This document shows positions 1-13,313 of a DNA stretch of 64,000 nt, one piece after another. Source of the DNA: Eledone cirrhosa. Its lineage: Eukaryota. The notes under the pieces are model-generated. The model searched no databases, was not told where the DNA came from, and saw nothing but the letters and a program-made list of their open reading frames with translations. Made by a program: the position numbers and the translations under genes. The DNA is taken from assembly GCA_964016885.1 (NCBI GenBank), contig OZ024745.1, positions 71,610,001 to 71,674,000 on the forward strand, read 5' to 3'. Position 1 is the stretch's first letter. Every line of letters begins with the position of its first letter.

Positions 1-1210
1 GCAGGTCCTCTGCACACACCGCCCAGGTCTCACTACCATGTAACATTGTTGTTCGTAAACACACATCTCTCCTTCATTTTGAGGGAAAAACCTTTTGTAG
101 CTAGCAATGGCAGTAGCTCCCTGAACCTTTTCCTTCCCATTCTCACTCCGGCTACTGTATTTTCGGCACACACACCTCCATGGCTAATTTGGTTACCCAG
201 GTAGCAAAACTCAACTGCTTCTATAGATTTTTCCAAGAATTTGATTGCATTTGTTTCCTGCGAGTGTTTGTTACTTATTGCTCCTGTGCAAGGCCACAAA
301 TAAAATCTGAAAGCCCACTACATCTCTTTACCCATAGCTTGAATTTGGGGCAGAGGATGGAATTTCTACCCACCCCTTTTTTACACACTGAGCAGGGCCT
401 TGTTTTCCTTACTACTTACTAGAACTTTGGTCTTTGCCAAGTTGACTTTAAGACCTTTTGATTCCAGGTTATACTTCCAGCTCAGAAATTTTTTCTCTAG
501 TTTTGATATAGATTCAGCTATGAGAGTTAGATCATCAGCATACAGGAGTTCCCAAAGCATCCCGTTTTAAACTCTTCTGTTATAGCCTGGAGGATGATAA
601 GGACCTTAACTTGCACACTAAACTCCTTGCTCTTGTCATTAACTTTAACCTTACTGACAGCACCTCAGTACATAGCTTATACTGCTCTTATTAGTCACTC
701 TTTTACTCCTAGTTTCCTAAGTACCCACCAGCTTACTGAACGGGGGTCCCTGTCAAAAGCTTTCTCTAGGTCGACAAATGCTAAGTAGAGGGGGGGGGGG
801 GGTTATTTTTAGCGAGTTACTTCTGCAATGGCCTCACAAGGAAGAGGGCATCTGTGGGGCTTTTTCCTTGCGCAAATCTGAACTGCATCTCATCTAGGTT
901 ATTTCTATCCCTACTTAGTTGAACAATCACTCTTTCTGTAACTTTCATGACTTGGTCCATCAGTTTGATGCCATAGTAGTTCCCTCTGTCTAGTGCATCA
1001 CCTTTGTCCTTGTAGCAGTTGACACTGCTGCTGCTATGCCAGTCATTGAGTATAGCACTATTTTGTATTACTTGATTAACAATATAGGTGGTTATGGAGT
1101 ATTCTACCATCTCAAATGCTTTCTGCTGCTCTGCCTGTTTTCATGTCCTTAATGCCTTACTTACTACACTGCTATTAACGTGTATCTCTGGTCCCTCTGT
1201 AAGGTCCACC
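1..1210 (-). mobile_element. Degenerate RTE-clade LINE, reverse transcriptase region
   Basis: ORF 817..1110 (KDKGDALDRGNYYGIKLM...QFRF...TDALFLVR) and ORF 33..299 (FCYLG); the YADD motif is read on the minus strand near 530-545; frameshifted. Confidence 0.9.
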
Positions 1211-1999
1211 TGAGGCAGGCTATCTTCTCACACATTTTTCTCATTCATCAGTCTCTCATATTGATACTTCCATGCTGCCTTTATTTTGGTTTCAGTGAGG
1301 GCAAGTGCACCATTGTCATTAGGAACACACTTCTCTCCCTCAATATCACTATTGAATACACACAGCTAAGATCAAGAAAGGCCTAGAATGGCATTGTTAA
1401 ATCACAACTGAGGGTAATGGACTTCACAATGACATTAAGGTTCATGAGAAGTGTTTCATCCTTGATCTGTCTAATTCACATTTAAAAAATGATAATGTTG
1501 ATGTATTAAATGTTATGGTTTAGATACAAGTTGTGATGCTTAATAGTTGGGTACACAAATCCTACTTCATTTTTCTTTATTTTTTTGATTAGTAAAAGAT
1601 ATGCTTATCTTAGATTTTTGACTAAGTACCAGCATAAAAAAGCAGACATAAAATTGATGCTGATGCTGACAATTAAGGCTTTCATGCATGATGAGTGCAG
1701 ATATTTGTGATAACCAATGGTTCTGTTATTGACCCTAATCTCATATTGATCCTCTGTACCACATTGAAATAAAGGTCATAGACAGCTTATTTGAAAATCC
1801 CATTATTAATCTATGCTTCCAACAATGTCATGTTACTTTTTTTTAATAAGAGAGGAGAAGGAGCAGTGTTCATGACCTTTGGAAGCCTTCTCAGACTGAT
1901 GAGATTTAGGTAGTTGGTGGATCTGTAAAATGACAGGAAGGGATTTCTAATTGGTTGAAGTTCTGACAAATAAAAACTAGGAAAGGTGCTTAGTATGTT

Positions 2000-2605
2000 A
2001 TCATCATCATCATCATCACCATTTTACGCCCGTTCTTCCACGCTAGCATAGGTTAGACTGGTTGTCCTGTTGTGGGCAGTGTCCGGTCGGCTGACCATGC
2101 CTTGCTCATACGGGAACTGATTCTGGCTTGATTTCTACAGCTGGATGCCCTTCCTAACACCAACCTCATTTACAGTGAGTGCTGGGTGCTTTTTTCCGTG
2201 GCGCCTACACATCCATTTTACAGCGTGGGCTGGGTGCTTTTTTGCCGTGGCACCTCCATGACCACTTTGCAGTGGGAGGATGTGGGGGCATATTGTCTAT
2301 ATGCTTCAGCTTTGGCTTGTACCCGTGGGGGGTCGGGTCTTCTGTATTACTGCGTGACGCCAGAAGTCACGGTCGTGTGTCATCGCCTTTGAGAGGTGTA
2401 ATTGGGTAAGGTCGGCTTTTATCACCTTATCCCAGGTCTTCTTGGGTCTCCCCACTCCGCAGTTTCCATCGACTTCTAGTGCTCTGCACCTTTTTATGCA
2501 GCTGTCATCCTTCATACGTATCACATGTCCATACCAACGCAACTGCCTCTCCTGCACACAGCATTTGATTCCTCTTATGCTCAGTCTCTCTCTCAATTCG
2601 TTTAT
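2000..2605 (-). mobile_element. RTE LINE family A, 5'-truncated copy
   Basis: ORF 2306..2596 (RQLRWYGHVIRM...GRPKKTW); (CAT)n tail at about 2000; close match to copies at 10685 and 63154. Confidence 0.92.
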
Positions 2606-3929
2606 TTGTTATCTGAGAATTAATCAGTCAATTGAAGTAAATCTAGGTATCACTTCTATTTTATGGTTGAATATTTTCTGTTAGAGTTTATGTATATAAT
2701 GGGTGTATGTGAGCTTTTTTTCTGATTGGATTTTAACCCTTTTGATACCTAACTACCCCTGGTTTTGTGATATAAATCTGTTTACAGTGTTTATCTAAAA
2801 ACCTTCCATCACAATTTTATGTTGAGAATATTGGTTATGTTCCAAATACCAACTTAATGAGAAACTTACATTACTAAATCTCACCAAATTCTTGACTAGT
2901 TTCAAAATTAATTGAAATAGATAGGCAGTGTCTCTCAGGAATAGAGTAACAAGTGTTCAGAGTTTTTGGTCAGCCACTTTCTCAGTGGAAAAGTTTAAAG
3001 AAAAATTAAAAAATGTTTTGTTATCCTTTGCACAACCGAATGTATGTATTTAGGCATGCATATGATGTATGTATATAAAATGTATGATGACATGCATACA
3101 ATGTATGTATATAAAATGTATGATGACATGCATACAATCATCATTTTATAACCACTTTCCATGCTGGCATGGTTTGGACAGGTCATCACCATCTGAGTCG
3201 GCTCATATTTAAAATTAAAGCTCTTTTAAACATGTCTTGCTTGTAAACTCCAATTTTTGACATGGTTTCTGTGGCTGGACACCTTATCTAAAACCAACTT
3301 TACATTTTAATTTGGCACAAGCACTAAAAGAGGTTATGTTCTCAAAAGAACAAAAAGATCCTCTTGATCCTATGTTGTCTCTGTTCAATTACTGATCACT
3401 TTACAGTGTGTATTGGTTGCATTTTATCATGGTACCAGCACTAAAGTGGCTGTCGTATCTTTAAAGACTGAAGAGTTCTCACTACCCTATGGGGTCTCCT
3501 TTTGTTCAATGCAATGTGACCAAGATGGTGAAAACGTGAGCAATGCAAAAGAACCAGGTGAAGGGAGTGAGAGTATGATGGGAGAAACGTATATGTGTGT
3601 GTGTTTGTGTGTATGTTTGTTACACACATATATATATAATGCATGAAATTCAAATATATGCATGGTTAGTTGACCTCCTAGGTGCTTTAGTGATAGGAGC
3701 CCCAGTCCTATCATGAAAAGCAATGTGAAATGAAGCATCTTTCTCAAGATCATAACATATCAACCTCATAATTGTGAATCTAACACCTTAACCACTAGAC
3801 CACATGCTGTATATAATGCTTGTCTATTGTAATGTGCATACACACAATTTATGTATATAATATATATATGTATATGTGGACAATTGGAAACATGGATTGG
3901 CATGATCAAATTGGATATTGAATTCGGAG

Positions 3930-4190
3930 GCTCATCAGTCTGGTTCTTATCTCAGTTTCTGTGAGTGAGAGTACATGACTCCCCCTTCCCATCACCTGAA
4001 CAGGAAGCCAGTCCATTGCAGGGTTAAACTCCCACATACTGCTGGTACTCATTTTCAGTTCAGTACACTGGTGCAACATGAAATGAAGTGTTTTGCTCAA
4101 GAACAGAACACACAACCTGTCACAGGAATTTGAACTCACGGCATTATAATTGTAAGCCCAACACACTTACCACTAGGCCATGTACTTTCA
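3930..4190 (-). mobile_element. tRNA-derived SINE with CORE-like and V-domain-like segments
   Basis: Minus strand has A/B-box-like ggcctagtggtaag...gagttcaaattcc, then ttcttgagcaaaacactt and aaccctgcaatggactgg. Domain names are from recalled consensus sequences. Confidence 0.6.
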
Positions 4191-5129
4191 TTAGCTAATA
4201 TCTGATCCTCATATATATGATGTTCGCTTTTGGAATCATCATTGGTGGACCATATCTCTGTCAGACATCTGTGGTCATTGTGCATGGGTAGCCTTTGTTT
4301 GTGATGCTGTGGTGTACTATTAGGAGCTGGCTCAATCCATTCTGAGTGAACACTGACACAAGTACGTTGATCACATTTTCTTGTAGCTGAAACACTGTGA
4401 AGATCATGTTGATTGTCTCATATGATGGTCTAAAATCAGCTTGTGTTACCAGAAAGACCTCTTAAGCAAATGGCTTAAACATAGGTATTTATGATGTGAG
4501 TGAGGATCTTACTTGCAGTTGCAAACAAGGTAATTCTTCAGTAGTTTCCACAGATCAATCACAATTTCCTTTGTAGCATCCAGTACACACACTGTAAAAT
4601 GATTGGTGATAGGAAGGGCATTTAACCATAGAAAATGTGCCAAACAAAGGGTCAAGAGGACTCTTCAGTTGTACTTAAGGCTCTAGTGCTGGTGACAATG
4701 AAATTCACCTAGTGCAGTCTGTAAAGTGTGAAACCTGTGAGATATAGTACCTGACATATCTAAGAAGTCACTAGCTCTGATTAAGTACTGACATGGTCTA
4801 TGGTGACTTGTCTTTCTCTTGCTATCATGGAAAACGGATGTTAAATGATGAGATGGTAATGATTTGTGAGTCACTAAAGTCTGCTGGCTTGTCTTTTGTA
4901 ATGATACAGATTATCTCCACTATTGTAGACCTTGGTTGGTATCCTATTAAATCCAGTGGCCTTGATGTGTTCATGGTTTGAAGGCTTCTTTGACTTTGTG
5001 TTGGAAATCATCTGCAGGCTTCTTTGGAATGTTAACTCTTAACAGCATGTAATGATTTAGCCAACAATATCTTAAAATAGGTTTATTCATTCAATTGCTT
5101 CTAGTATCTTTGTAGAAATTTGCAGTATT

Positions 5130-5402
5130 AGAGTAAAGACTTTAGTAGTAAAGACTTTAGTAGTAAAGACTTTAGTAGTAAAGACTTTAGTAGTAAAGAC
5201 TTTAGTAGTAAAGACTTTAGTAGTAAAGACTTTAGTAGTAAAGACTTTAGTAGTAAAGACTTTAGTAGTAAAGACTTTAGTAGTAAAGACTTTAGTAGTA
5301 AAGACTTTAGTAGTAAAGACTTTAGTAGTAAAGACTTTAGTAGTAAAGACTTTAGTAGTAAAGACTTTAGTAGTAAAGACTTTAGAGTAAAGACTTTAGT
5401 AG
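5130..5402. repeat. 15-bp minisatellite (AGTAAAGACTTTAGT) x about 18
   Basis: Directly visible, nearly perfect tandem array. Confidence 0.98.
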
Positions 5403-6109
5403 ACTAATGTAGTCATAGTGATGTTTTGTACTTTTCAAAAATATCTTTCTAAATCATTTTCCTGATAGATAAGATGATTTAATTTAGAAAATCTTGTATG
5501 TTAGTGTTTTTAAGTAGGCTGTTTTCTGGTGGCACAACCTTGATTCTTGTTTGTTCTGGATGAAATCTTTTTTAGAAAAAAGTGTAATAACCTTGCTCTT
5601 TTAGTTGCCCTGCCCTAATCTCTGTAGGGTCTCAGAGAAATGATGTAAAACTGACAGTTATCCTTTCTTGTCGGTTTGGGTTCGGGTTCATCATCAAAGT
5701 TTGTTTATTCTGACTTTCAGATTTCATAATGTCATTTTATGTCCTTTTTCCATGCTTGTGTGGGTTGGATGGGTTGTTATGGTTTAAGACCAGAGAGATT
5801 AGAGAAACCTCATTTTGCTCATATGTTCCATATTTGGCATGGTGTCTATGTCTGGATGCCTTTTCTAACACCAACCACTTTAAAAGGTGTATTGAATGCA
5901 TTTTATCATGGCACCTGCACTACCATTTTACAGAGTATATTGTGTGCATTTTATTGTGGCATCAACACTAGAGAGGTATGAAAATGGTGATACTAATGGT
6001 TAATAATGAGAACACAAAAGAGGAATAACAACTGCTAAGTATATAACGATCAGAGAACTAAACATATATAGCCTGTATTCAAAATATGTGCGGAAGAGAC
6101 GTCCAAACA

Positions 6110-6740
6110 AATATCATTCACCACCATCTAACTTGCCCTGAGCCTCTGGGTCTCAGCCGACAAGCAAGATCTGCTGAAACAGCCACTTCACCCTGGCCAA
6201 TTCCGCTCTGATAGTGAGTAGGGATGTATTCTGTGCGCCAAGAATGCTGGAAGTCTTCACTGCTACAGGCTCTACCACAAACCTATCCGAGATTAGTCGA
6301 TACTTGGACAGTTTGCCCTCTTCAGCTTGGCGGGCTGGAGAACCTGGGCTGGTAGCCGAATGCACCAGTTTGCCACTTGACTAGGTTTCACAACATGTGG
6401 CATCCTAGATGAGGGCCCTACCCCGGCCATACAGAAAGATTGTTATGCCGTCTGGCTTTTTGCAGCCCCCTGGTTCAGCCCTACTGGCTTGGGCTGGGAA
6501 GGGAAGCCTGTGCCATCCAGACCATGCTTTATGATCTCGTTGAGAGCAGCTTGGCGTGAGAGGCAGTGAGCACTGTAACGGCATGACAGTGGGTGGAGAC
6601 CAAAAGGATCCACAATGATGCTGCAGTCGCATTTGTGAGGCTCACAGATGCAGCAGCAGAATCTCAGGGAAACACCAATGTGCAAGCAGTCACGAGTGAG
6701 GGATGTTGTGTCTGAGAAATTACAGACACGTGTCATATCG
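6110..6740 (-). mobile_element. CRE-like non-LTR retrotransposon 3' relic (zinc knuckle plus restriction-like endonuclease)
   Basis: Frameshifted ORFs give CDC...DPFGLHPLSC...ALNEIIKHGL, KPDGITIF..GRGRALI, and FVVEPVAVKTS...WLFQQI. Confidence 0.75.
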
Positions 6741-7132
6741 TCTGTAATGAAAGCTCAAGGATAAATTCTGAGCTCTTAATAATAGGAACTCAAGAGCAAA
6801 TGACATATAGAAATATATCAGGTTGTTTAATTTTTTTGCAGATTATCTCCTGTGTATTGTTTGATATATTTCTATATATGTCATTCATTCTTGAATTTGT
6901 ATTATATATATATATATATATATACATATATATACAAATGGAAGTACAGCATATTCGAAGCCACCGCTTCAGCTAAGCCGACGAATGCTTTCAGCAGTGC
7001 AGCCAAGCACGCGACTAGGTATAGGACCTGAGAGTAATAACATACTGTTTAAAGGGCTTTGCAAAATGAAGACAGCTACCAGTAATTGTTTCTGTAGCAA
7101 CAAAAGAACTGACTCGTGAGAAAAAAATTCAT

Positions 7133-7178
<46 letters not shown>

Positions 7179-7246
7179 CATATATATATATTTATATATA
7201 ACATATATATATTTATATATAACATATATATATATTTATATATGAC

Positions 7247-7278
<32 letters not shown>

Positions 7279-7471
7279 CATATATATATATTTATATATA
7301 ACATATATATATATATACATATAACATATATATATTTATATATAACATATGTATATATATATATATACATATAACATATATATATATTTATATATAACAT
7401 ATATATATATATATATATACATATAACATATATATATATTTATATATAACATATATATATATACATATAAC
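7133..7471. repeat. Complex (TA)n-derived minisatellite
   Basis: Units of (TA)n-CATATAACA-(TA)n-TTTATATATAAC. The pattern resumes at 8574-8660 beyond the LINE insertion. Confidence 0.95.
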
Positions 7472-8573
7472 ATATCATCATCATCATCATCAACGTTTAA
7501 CGTCCGTGTTCCACGCTTGCATGGGTTTGGACGGGGGTAGTCCCACTTGAGGCAAGAGTGATTGTCTTGCTCGCATAGGACTGTCTGGCAGGTTTTCTAC
7601 AGTTGGATGCCCTTCCTAACACCAACCACATTTACAGTGTGGGTCTGGGAGGTTTTTACCGTGTTGCCTACACGGACACATTACAGCGTGGACTGTGTGT
7701 TTTTTTGTCGTGACACCTACACGATCTCATTTGTTTCGGCCTGGATGGCGCGGCACCAACATAACTTTACATAGAACGGGGTGGTGTGGATGGGGTGGGG
7801 GTGGTGGCGGGACGGGGTGTAGTTTGTTAGAGATGCCTACTGGCAAGGCGGGTCTTCTCTGTTACTGAGTACCGCCAAAGGTCACGGTCCAGTGACATTG
7901 TCTTGGAGAGGTGTAAGTGTGTGAGGTCGGAGTTTATCAGCTCATCCCATGTTTTTCTAGGTCTGCCTATTCCGTGGCTACCGTCTATCTTTATTGCCCT
8001 GCACTTTGTAATACAGCTATCGACTTTCATGCGCATCACGTGTCCATACCAACGCAGCCTTCTCTCGAGTAAACAACATCTGATCCCTCTTATCTCTAAT
8101 TTTTTCCTTAGTTCGTTTATGCTTTGCCGTTCACGTATATTACTGTTACACATCCAGCGGAGCATGCAAGCTTCGTTCCTCTCTAGTCTGCGTATATCCT
8201 CTGCACACAATGCCCAGGTCTCACTACCATGCAACATTGCTGTTCGTATGCAGGCATCGTACAACCTGCCTTTCATTTTTAGGGAGAACCCTTTAGCAGC
8301 TAATAGTGGTATAAGCTCTCTGAACTTTTTCCAACCAGTTCTGACTCTAGCTACAGTACTTTCAGAGCACCCTCCCCCACTGCTGATTTTATCGCTCAGG
8401 TAACGGAAGCTGTCCACTATTTCTATAGAACCCTCTGCGCAATTGAAAGAGCTAGTATTTTGTGGGCACTTGCTGCTACTTATTGCACCAGAACACCGGC
8501 CACATGTAAAGTCTATGTTCTTAGTTAGCTTACCTGTGATCCCACTACATCTTTTATGCACCCATACTTTGCA
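7472..8573 (-). mobile_element. RTE LINE family C, 5'-truncated, with an uninterrupted 244-aa C-terminal ORF
   Basis: ORF 7827..8561 (HKRCSG...CGRC, FRYL, LHGSETW, RRLRWYGHVMRM, GRPRKTW); (CAT)n tail. Confidence 0.93.
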
Positions 8574-9157
8574 TATATATATTTATATATAACATATAAC
8601 ATATATATATATTTATATATAACACATATATATATATGTACATATAACATATATATATACTGTCTAACCCATGTTAGTGTGGAAGATGGATGTTAAACGA
8701 AGATGATGATGATATATATACATGTGTGTGTGTAAACAATCTATTTTTAGAATACTTGAGTGATAAGTTTTGAATTTGGAAGTTGGGTATATAAACTCTG
8801 GAGTTGGAAACAATTTGTAGTGCTGTCCATGGAACTTGAACCCGCACCTACAATATACTGTTACACTGTGCTAACCATTATACCAAAGTTTCAGCCGATG
8901 AATTTGTCTGTTATTTTGTGTCTTATCAATCAGCCTGTAAATATGTAAACAATCTATTTTTAGAACCGTTGAGCATTAGGAACTTTGTGTGTGTATGTAT
9001 ATGTATGTATGTGTGTGTATATATATGTATAATGCTGAAATTTCTCTGTTACTACTCAGTCATGCTTGTTTGTAATCTGAAATGTATACAAACACTGTAT
9101 ATGTATATGCTTAAGTGTATGTGTGTATATTATGTATAATAACATGACAGTGTTTCA

Positions 9158-9229
9158 CATGAACGATTTTATTGATGAAAACCAGTTACGAACATTCGTA
9201 ACTGGATTTAATCAATAGAATCGTTCATG
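9158..9229. repeat. Near-perfect palindrome with 35-bp arms
   Basis: 9158-9192 matches the reverse complement of 9195-9229 at 32 of 35 positions. Confidence 0.92.
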
Positions 9230-9328
9230 GGAATCTTCATCTTGTTATTCTTAATATATACACTCTGCTTTAGCATTGAGTGCTAATATTGGTACCACCT
9301 AGTAACCACTAAGCTACTGAATAACCTA

Positions 9329-9388
<60 letters not shown>

Positions 9389-9389
<1 letters not shown>

Positions 9390-10632
9390 GAGGTTTCTTC
9401 CAAAAGTAAGGGTATTGATGTTTTACTTAAATTTATATTAGATGTACATGAAATTACAAGTTGAAATACGACCCTTGGGAAGTTGCACAGTTATTTCTTT
9501 TCAAAGTTTTTTTGCAATGATTGTAGCAGTACTGGAAGTCATTTTCTGTGAGTGCTCTTAGCTTTTCAGTTACAATTTTTTGTATGTTTTCCACAGTCCA
9601 AGAATGATGGCCCTTCAACTTTGATTTCAACTTAGGGAAGAGGTAGAAATCACATGAAGCTATATCTGGGCTATAGGGAGGATGTGGAAGAGTGGGAATG
9701 TTTTTCTTCATCAGAAACTCTTTGATTGAAAGTGCTGTGTGAGCTAGCACATTATCGTGGTGCAGTACCCAATCCCATGCAATGTTCCTTCAGACACACT
9801 GGACCTGTTTTCAAAGTTGTTCCAAGATATCTTTATAGGTGAACAATAGTATGGCTGTCGAAAAAAATGATAATCATTGTTTTCATCCTGGATTTGCTCG
9901 TGTGCTTTATTCAGATGAGAATTTTTTGTGTACCACTCTTCACTTTGCCATTTTGTCTCTGGATTGTACTCTGATCTTCACTTTGCCATTTTGTCTCTGG
10001 ATTGTACTCTGACACCCATGATTCATTTCCTATTATTAGTTTATCCAAGAAATTTAGCTCAGTTTTGAATCTTTCTAGCAAATACTGACAAATTTCCAAC
10101 CAGTTCGCTTTTTGCTCCATAGACAAGTGTTTGTGCACTAGTTTTGCACAAATTTTTCGAATGTGCAAATAGTCTGTTTATATTCTGTTAACTGTATTTT
10201 TATTGAGTTCATCTGCAATCTGATCCTTCACCATCACTACTTGCACCACTTCCACATTTTGTTCATTGTTGATGAGACTGGCCTTCCAGAACGAGGTTCA
10301 TCTTCAACATTTTCTTGGCCCACTTTGAAAGTTTTGTACTACTTAAAAACCTAACTTCTCGATAGTGGCAGCTCCATTGTGTTAAATGATTTAATGTTTT
10401 AGTGGCAGATTTGTTGAGTTTCACACAAAATTTGATCACATACTGTTGTTTGTAAAAGAGGTTATAAACACGTCTGTACATAAACAGCAATATTGACTGA
10501 CTCAAAATGATAATTTTGAAACCAGTATGTACGTGCAGCCAGTCATAAGCAACACACCTATATACATCGAGATGCTGCATTACCATATCATACCTGGGAA
10601 AATCAGTACCCTTACTTTTGGGACAAACTTTG
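9389..10632 (-). mobile_element. Full-length decayed mariner DNA transposon (about 1.24 kb)
   Basis: TIR cores ccaaaagtaagggta(t/c)tga at both ends, flanked by (TA)n. ORF pieces YVIKFCVKLNKSAT, LIIGNESWVSEYNPETK and HPPYSPDIASCDFYLFPKLK. Internal 38-bp tandem duplication at 9937-10012. Confidence 0.93.
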
Positions 10633-10655
10633 TATATATATACATATAGAAACTT

Positions 10656-10684
<29 letters not shown>

Positions 10685-10690
<6 letters not shown>

Positions 10691-11571
10691 ACAGTAGACA
10701 GCTTCTGCTACCTAGGTGACCGAATTAGCAGCAGAGGTGGGTGTTCAGAAAGTACAATAACTAGGGTAAGAACGGGATGGAAGAAGTTCAGGGAACTACT
10801 GCCACTGCTTCTCCCTCAAAATGAAAGGCAGACTGTATGATGCGTGTATCCGAACAGCAATGTTACATGGTAGTGAGACCTGGGCGCTGAAGGTGGAAGA
10901 CTTACGTAGATTAGAAAGAAACGAAGCCTGCATGCTCCGATGGATGTGTAATAGTAATATACGCGAACGACAAAGCATAAATGAATTGAGAGAGAGACTG
11001 AGCATAAGAGGAATCAAATGCTGTGTGCAAGAGAGGCGGTTGCATTGGTATGGACATGTGATGCATATGAAGGATGACAGTTGCATAAAAAGGTGCAGAG
11101 CACTAGAAATCAATGGAAACCGCAGAGTGGGGAGACCCAAGAAGGCCTGGGATGAGGTGATAAAAGCCTACCTTACCCAATTACACCTCTCAAAGGCGAT
11201 GATGACACACGACTGTGACCTCTGGCGTCGCGCAGTAATACAGAGTACCCGACCTCCCATGGGTACAAGCTGAAGCATATAGACAATATGCCCCATACCC
11301 TCCTATTGCAAGGTGGTCGTGGAGGTGGCACGGCAAAAAAGCACCCAGCCCACACTGTAAAGTGGACGTGTAGACGCCACGGAAAAAGCACCCAGCACTC
11401 ACTTTAAATGAGGTTGGTTTTAGGAAGGGCATCCAGCTGTAGAAATCGAGCCAAAATCAGTCTCTGTATGAGCAAGGCATGGTCAGCCGACCAGACACTG
11501 CCCTCAACAGGACAACCCGTCTAACCCATGCTAGCATGGAAGAACGGACGTAAAACGGTGATGATGATGAT
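10685..11571 (+). mobile_element. RTE LINE family A, 5'-truncated copy
   Basis: ORFs 10655..10840 and 10821..11273; (GAT)n tail; flanked by (TA)n. Confidence 0.93.
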
Positions 11572-13313
11572 ATATATATACACACACACACATGCATATA
11601 TATAAATAAATGATGTATGTATAATAATAAATTGTTATGCAGCAATTATAATAAATTCCACTTTTGTTGCTGTATTTAAATCTTTTGAGCTGCCGTCTGA
11701 ATTCTGAATTGTAAATTTCACAAAATTATGCAAGAATCCAATTATGTTAGTAGTTGCATAATGAGAAATAGATAAATTTATTTTCTGAAATAAGAGTGGC
11801 TGGTTGCATCATTCATCATATGTCCATTTCCGAGAATAGCATGAGTTGGATGGGTTGTTACAGTCTTGGACTTGGTAGGTCAGAGGACCTGTCTTGCTCA
11901 TATGTTTGATTTTGGCATGGTTTTTTTCAGCTGGATGCCCTTACTAATGCCATCCACTTTACAGTGTGTGCCAAGTGCATTTTATCATGGCACCAGCATT
12001 ATCGTTTTACATAGTGGACTGGGTGTTATTCTATCATAACACCAATATTATCATTTTGCAGAGGTGACTGGGTGCAAATGCTACTACTGTACATTGTGGA
12101 CATGGTGCATTTTATCATGACATCAACATTACCACTTTCAGAGTGGCCTGATTGCATTATATTGTGGCACTATTATTATTATTTTTTCTCCTGGCTTTAT
12201 TATTTTGGGAAATACAGACTAAGAATGATTTTGGGCTTTATAAAAAAAAATGTTTTCACTGTTTTCTCATGCAGTGCATATGTTTCTTTTCAATTCCCTT
12301 TGAGACTAGTGTGAGGGAGTGAGGAAGGTATTCTAAGACCTAACCCCAAATTTTGTTAAAGTCTGTCCCGAGCCAAGAGACCCACAGGGTTAGAGTTTAT
12401 CTCAGTTTCATTGGTGTTAAGTGACTTGGACACTTGTTTGTTGCAGAGTTAACCCCCAGTGGCTACTGCTACTTATTTTCAACTGAGTGAAATGAAGAAA
12501 TTGAAGGGCATAACATCCCCATTCAGCATTGGAATCTAACCCTTGACCTTATTATCATGATCCAAACACCCTCTCCACTAAGCTGTGTTTTCAACCTAAA
12601 TGCTTGCAACAGAATCAACTCTGTTAAAGGCACCCAGGTAGGAGTGCTAGACTAACTGATGGATTAAGTCTACCACATAAGTAGGCCATAGTGGAATTTG
12701 AATTCAGAAGGCAAAGTGTTGGAACAAATACCACAAAGCATCTCTTTTGACACTCTAACAATTCTGCCAATTTCCTGCCATGGACTGGTACCCTTTTTTA
12801 TTGACCCGGGAAGGATGAAAGACGAATATGACGTCAGTGAGATTTGAACTCGGATTGAAGTGAGCTGGAATAATTACAAACAGCAGATGTATTCAATGTG
12901 GATGATTTAAAATATATATGATAATAAATACAAAGGCAATTCTAGCTAATGGTATTGATCTATATAGATCTTTCTTTGATTAGTATGTAGATGTGGAAAA
13001 AAGCAAGTGGTTTAATAATTCACTCCTTTTGTGAAAATGCGATCAATGATTTAATTAAAAGTGTAGCAGGATTAATGTTAAGATCAAACTGTACACATTG
13101 CCAGATTTAAGTACCACTCTAGTAGTAGTTGTAGGATTATATATATGTATATAAGGTATATATATATATATGTTTATAAGGTATGTATATATATATATAT
13201 ATATATATAAGGTATGTGCTAAGCAACTGAAGTATATGATAACATTTTATCTGTATATAAATGTACATATAGAGTGCCAAATATATGTATTTCCCTGTAA
13301 ATTTAAAAAACAA

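Noticed and set aside
7903-8403. Long antisense ORFs over RTE copies (also 10796..11140, 40880..41404, 63534..63881)
   Set aside because: Shadow frames of the LINE coding strand with no independent protein features.
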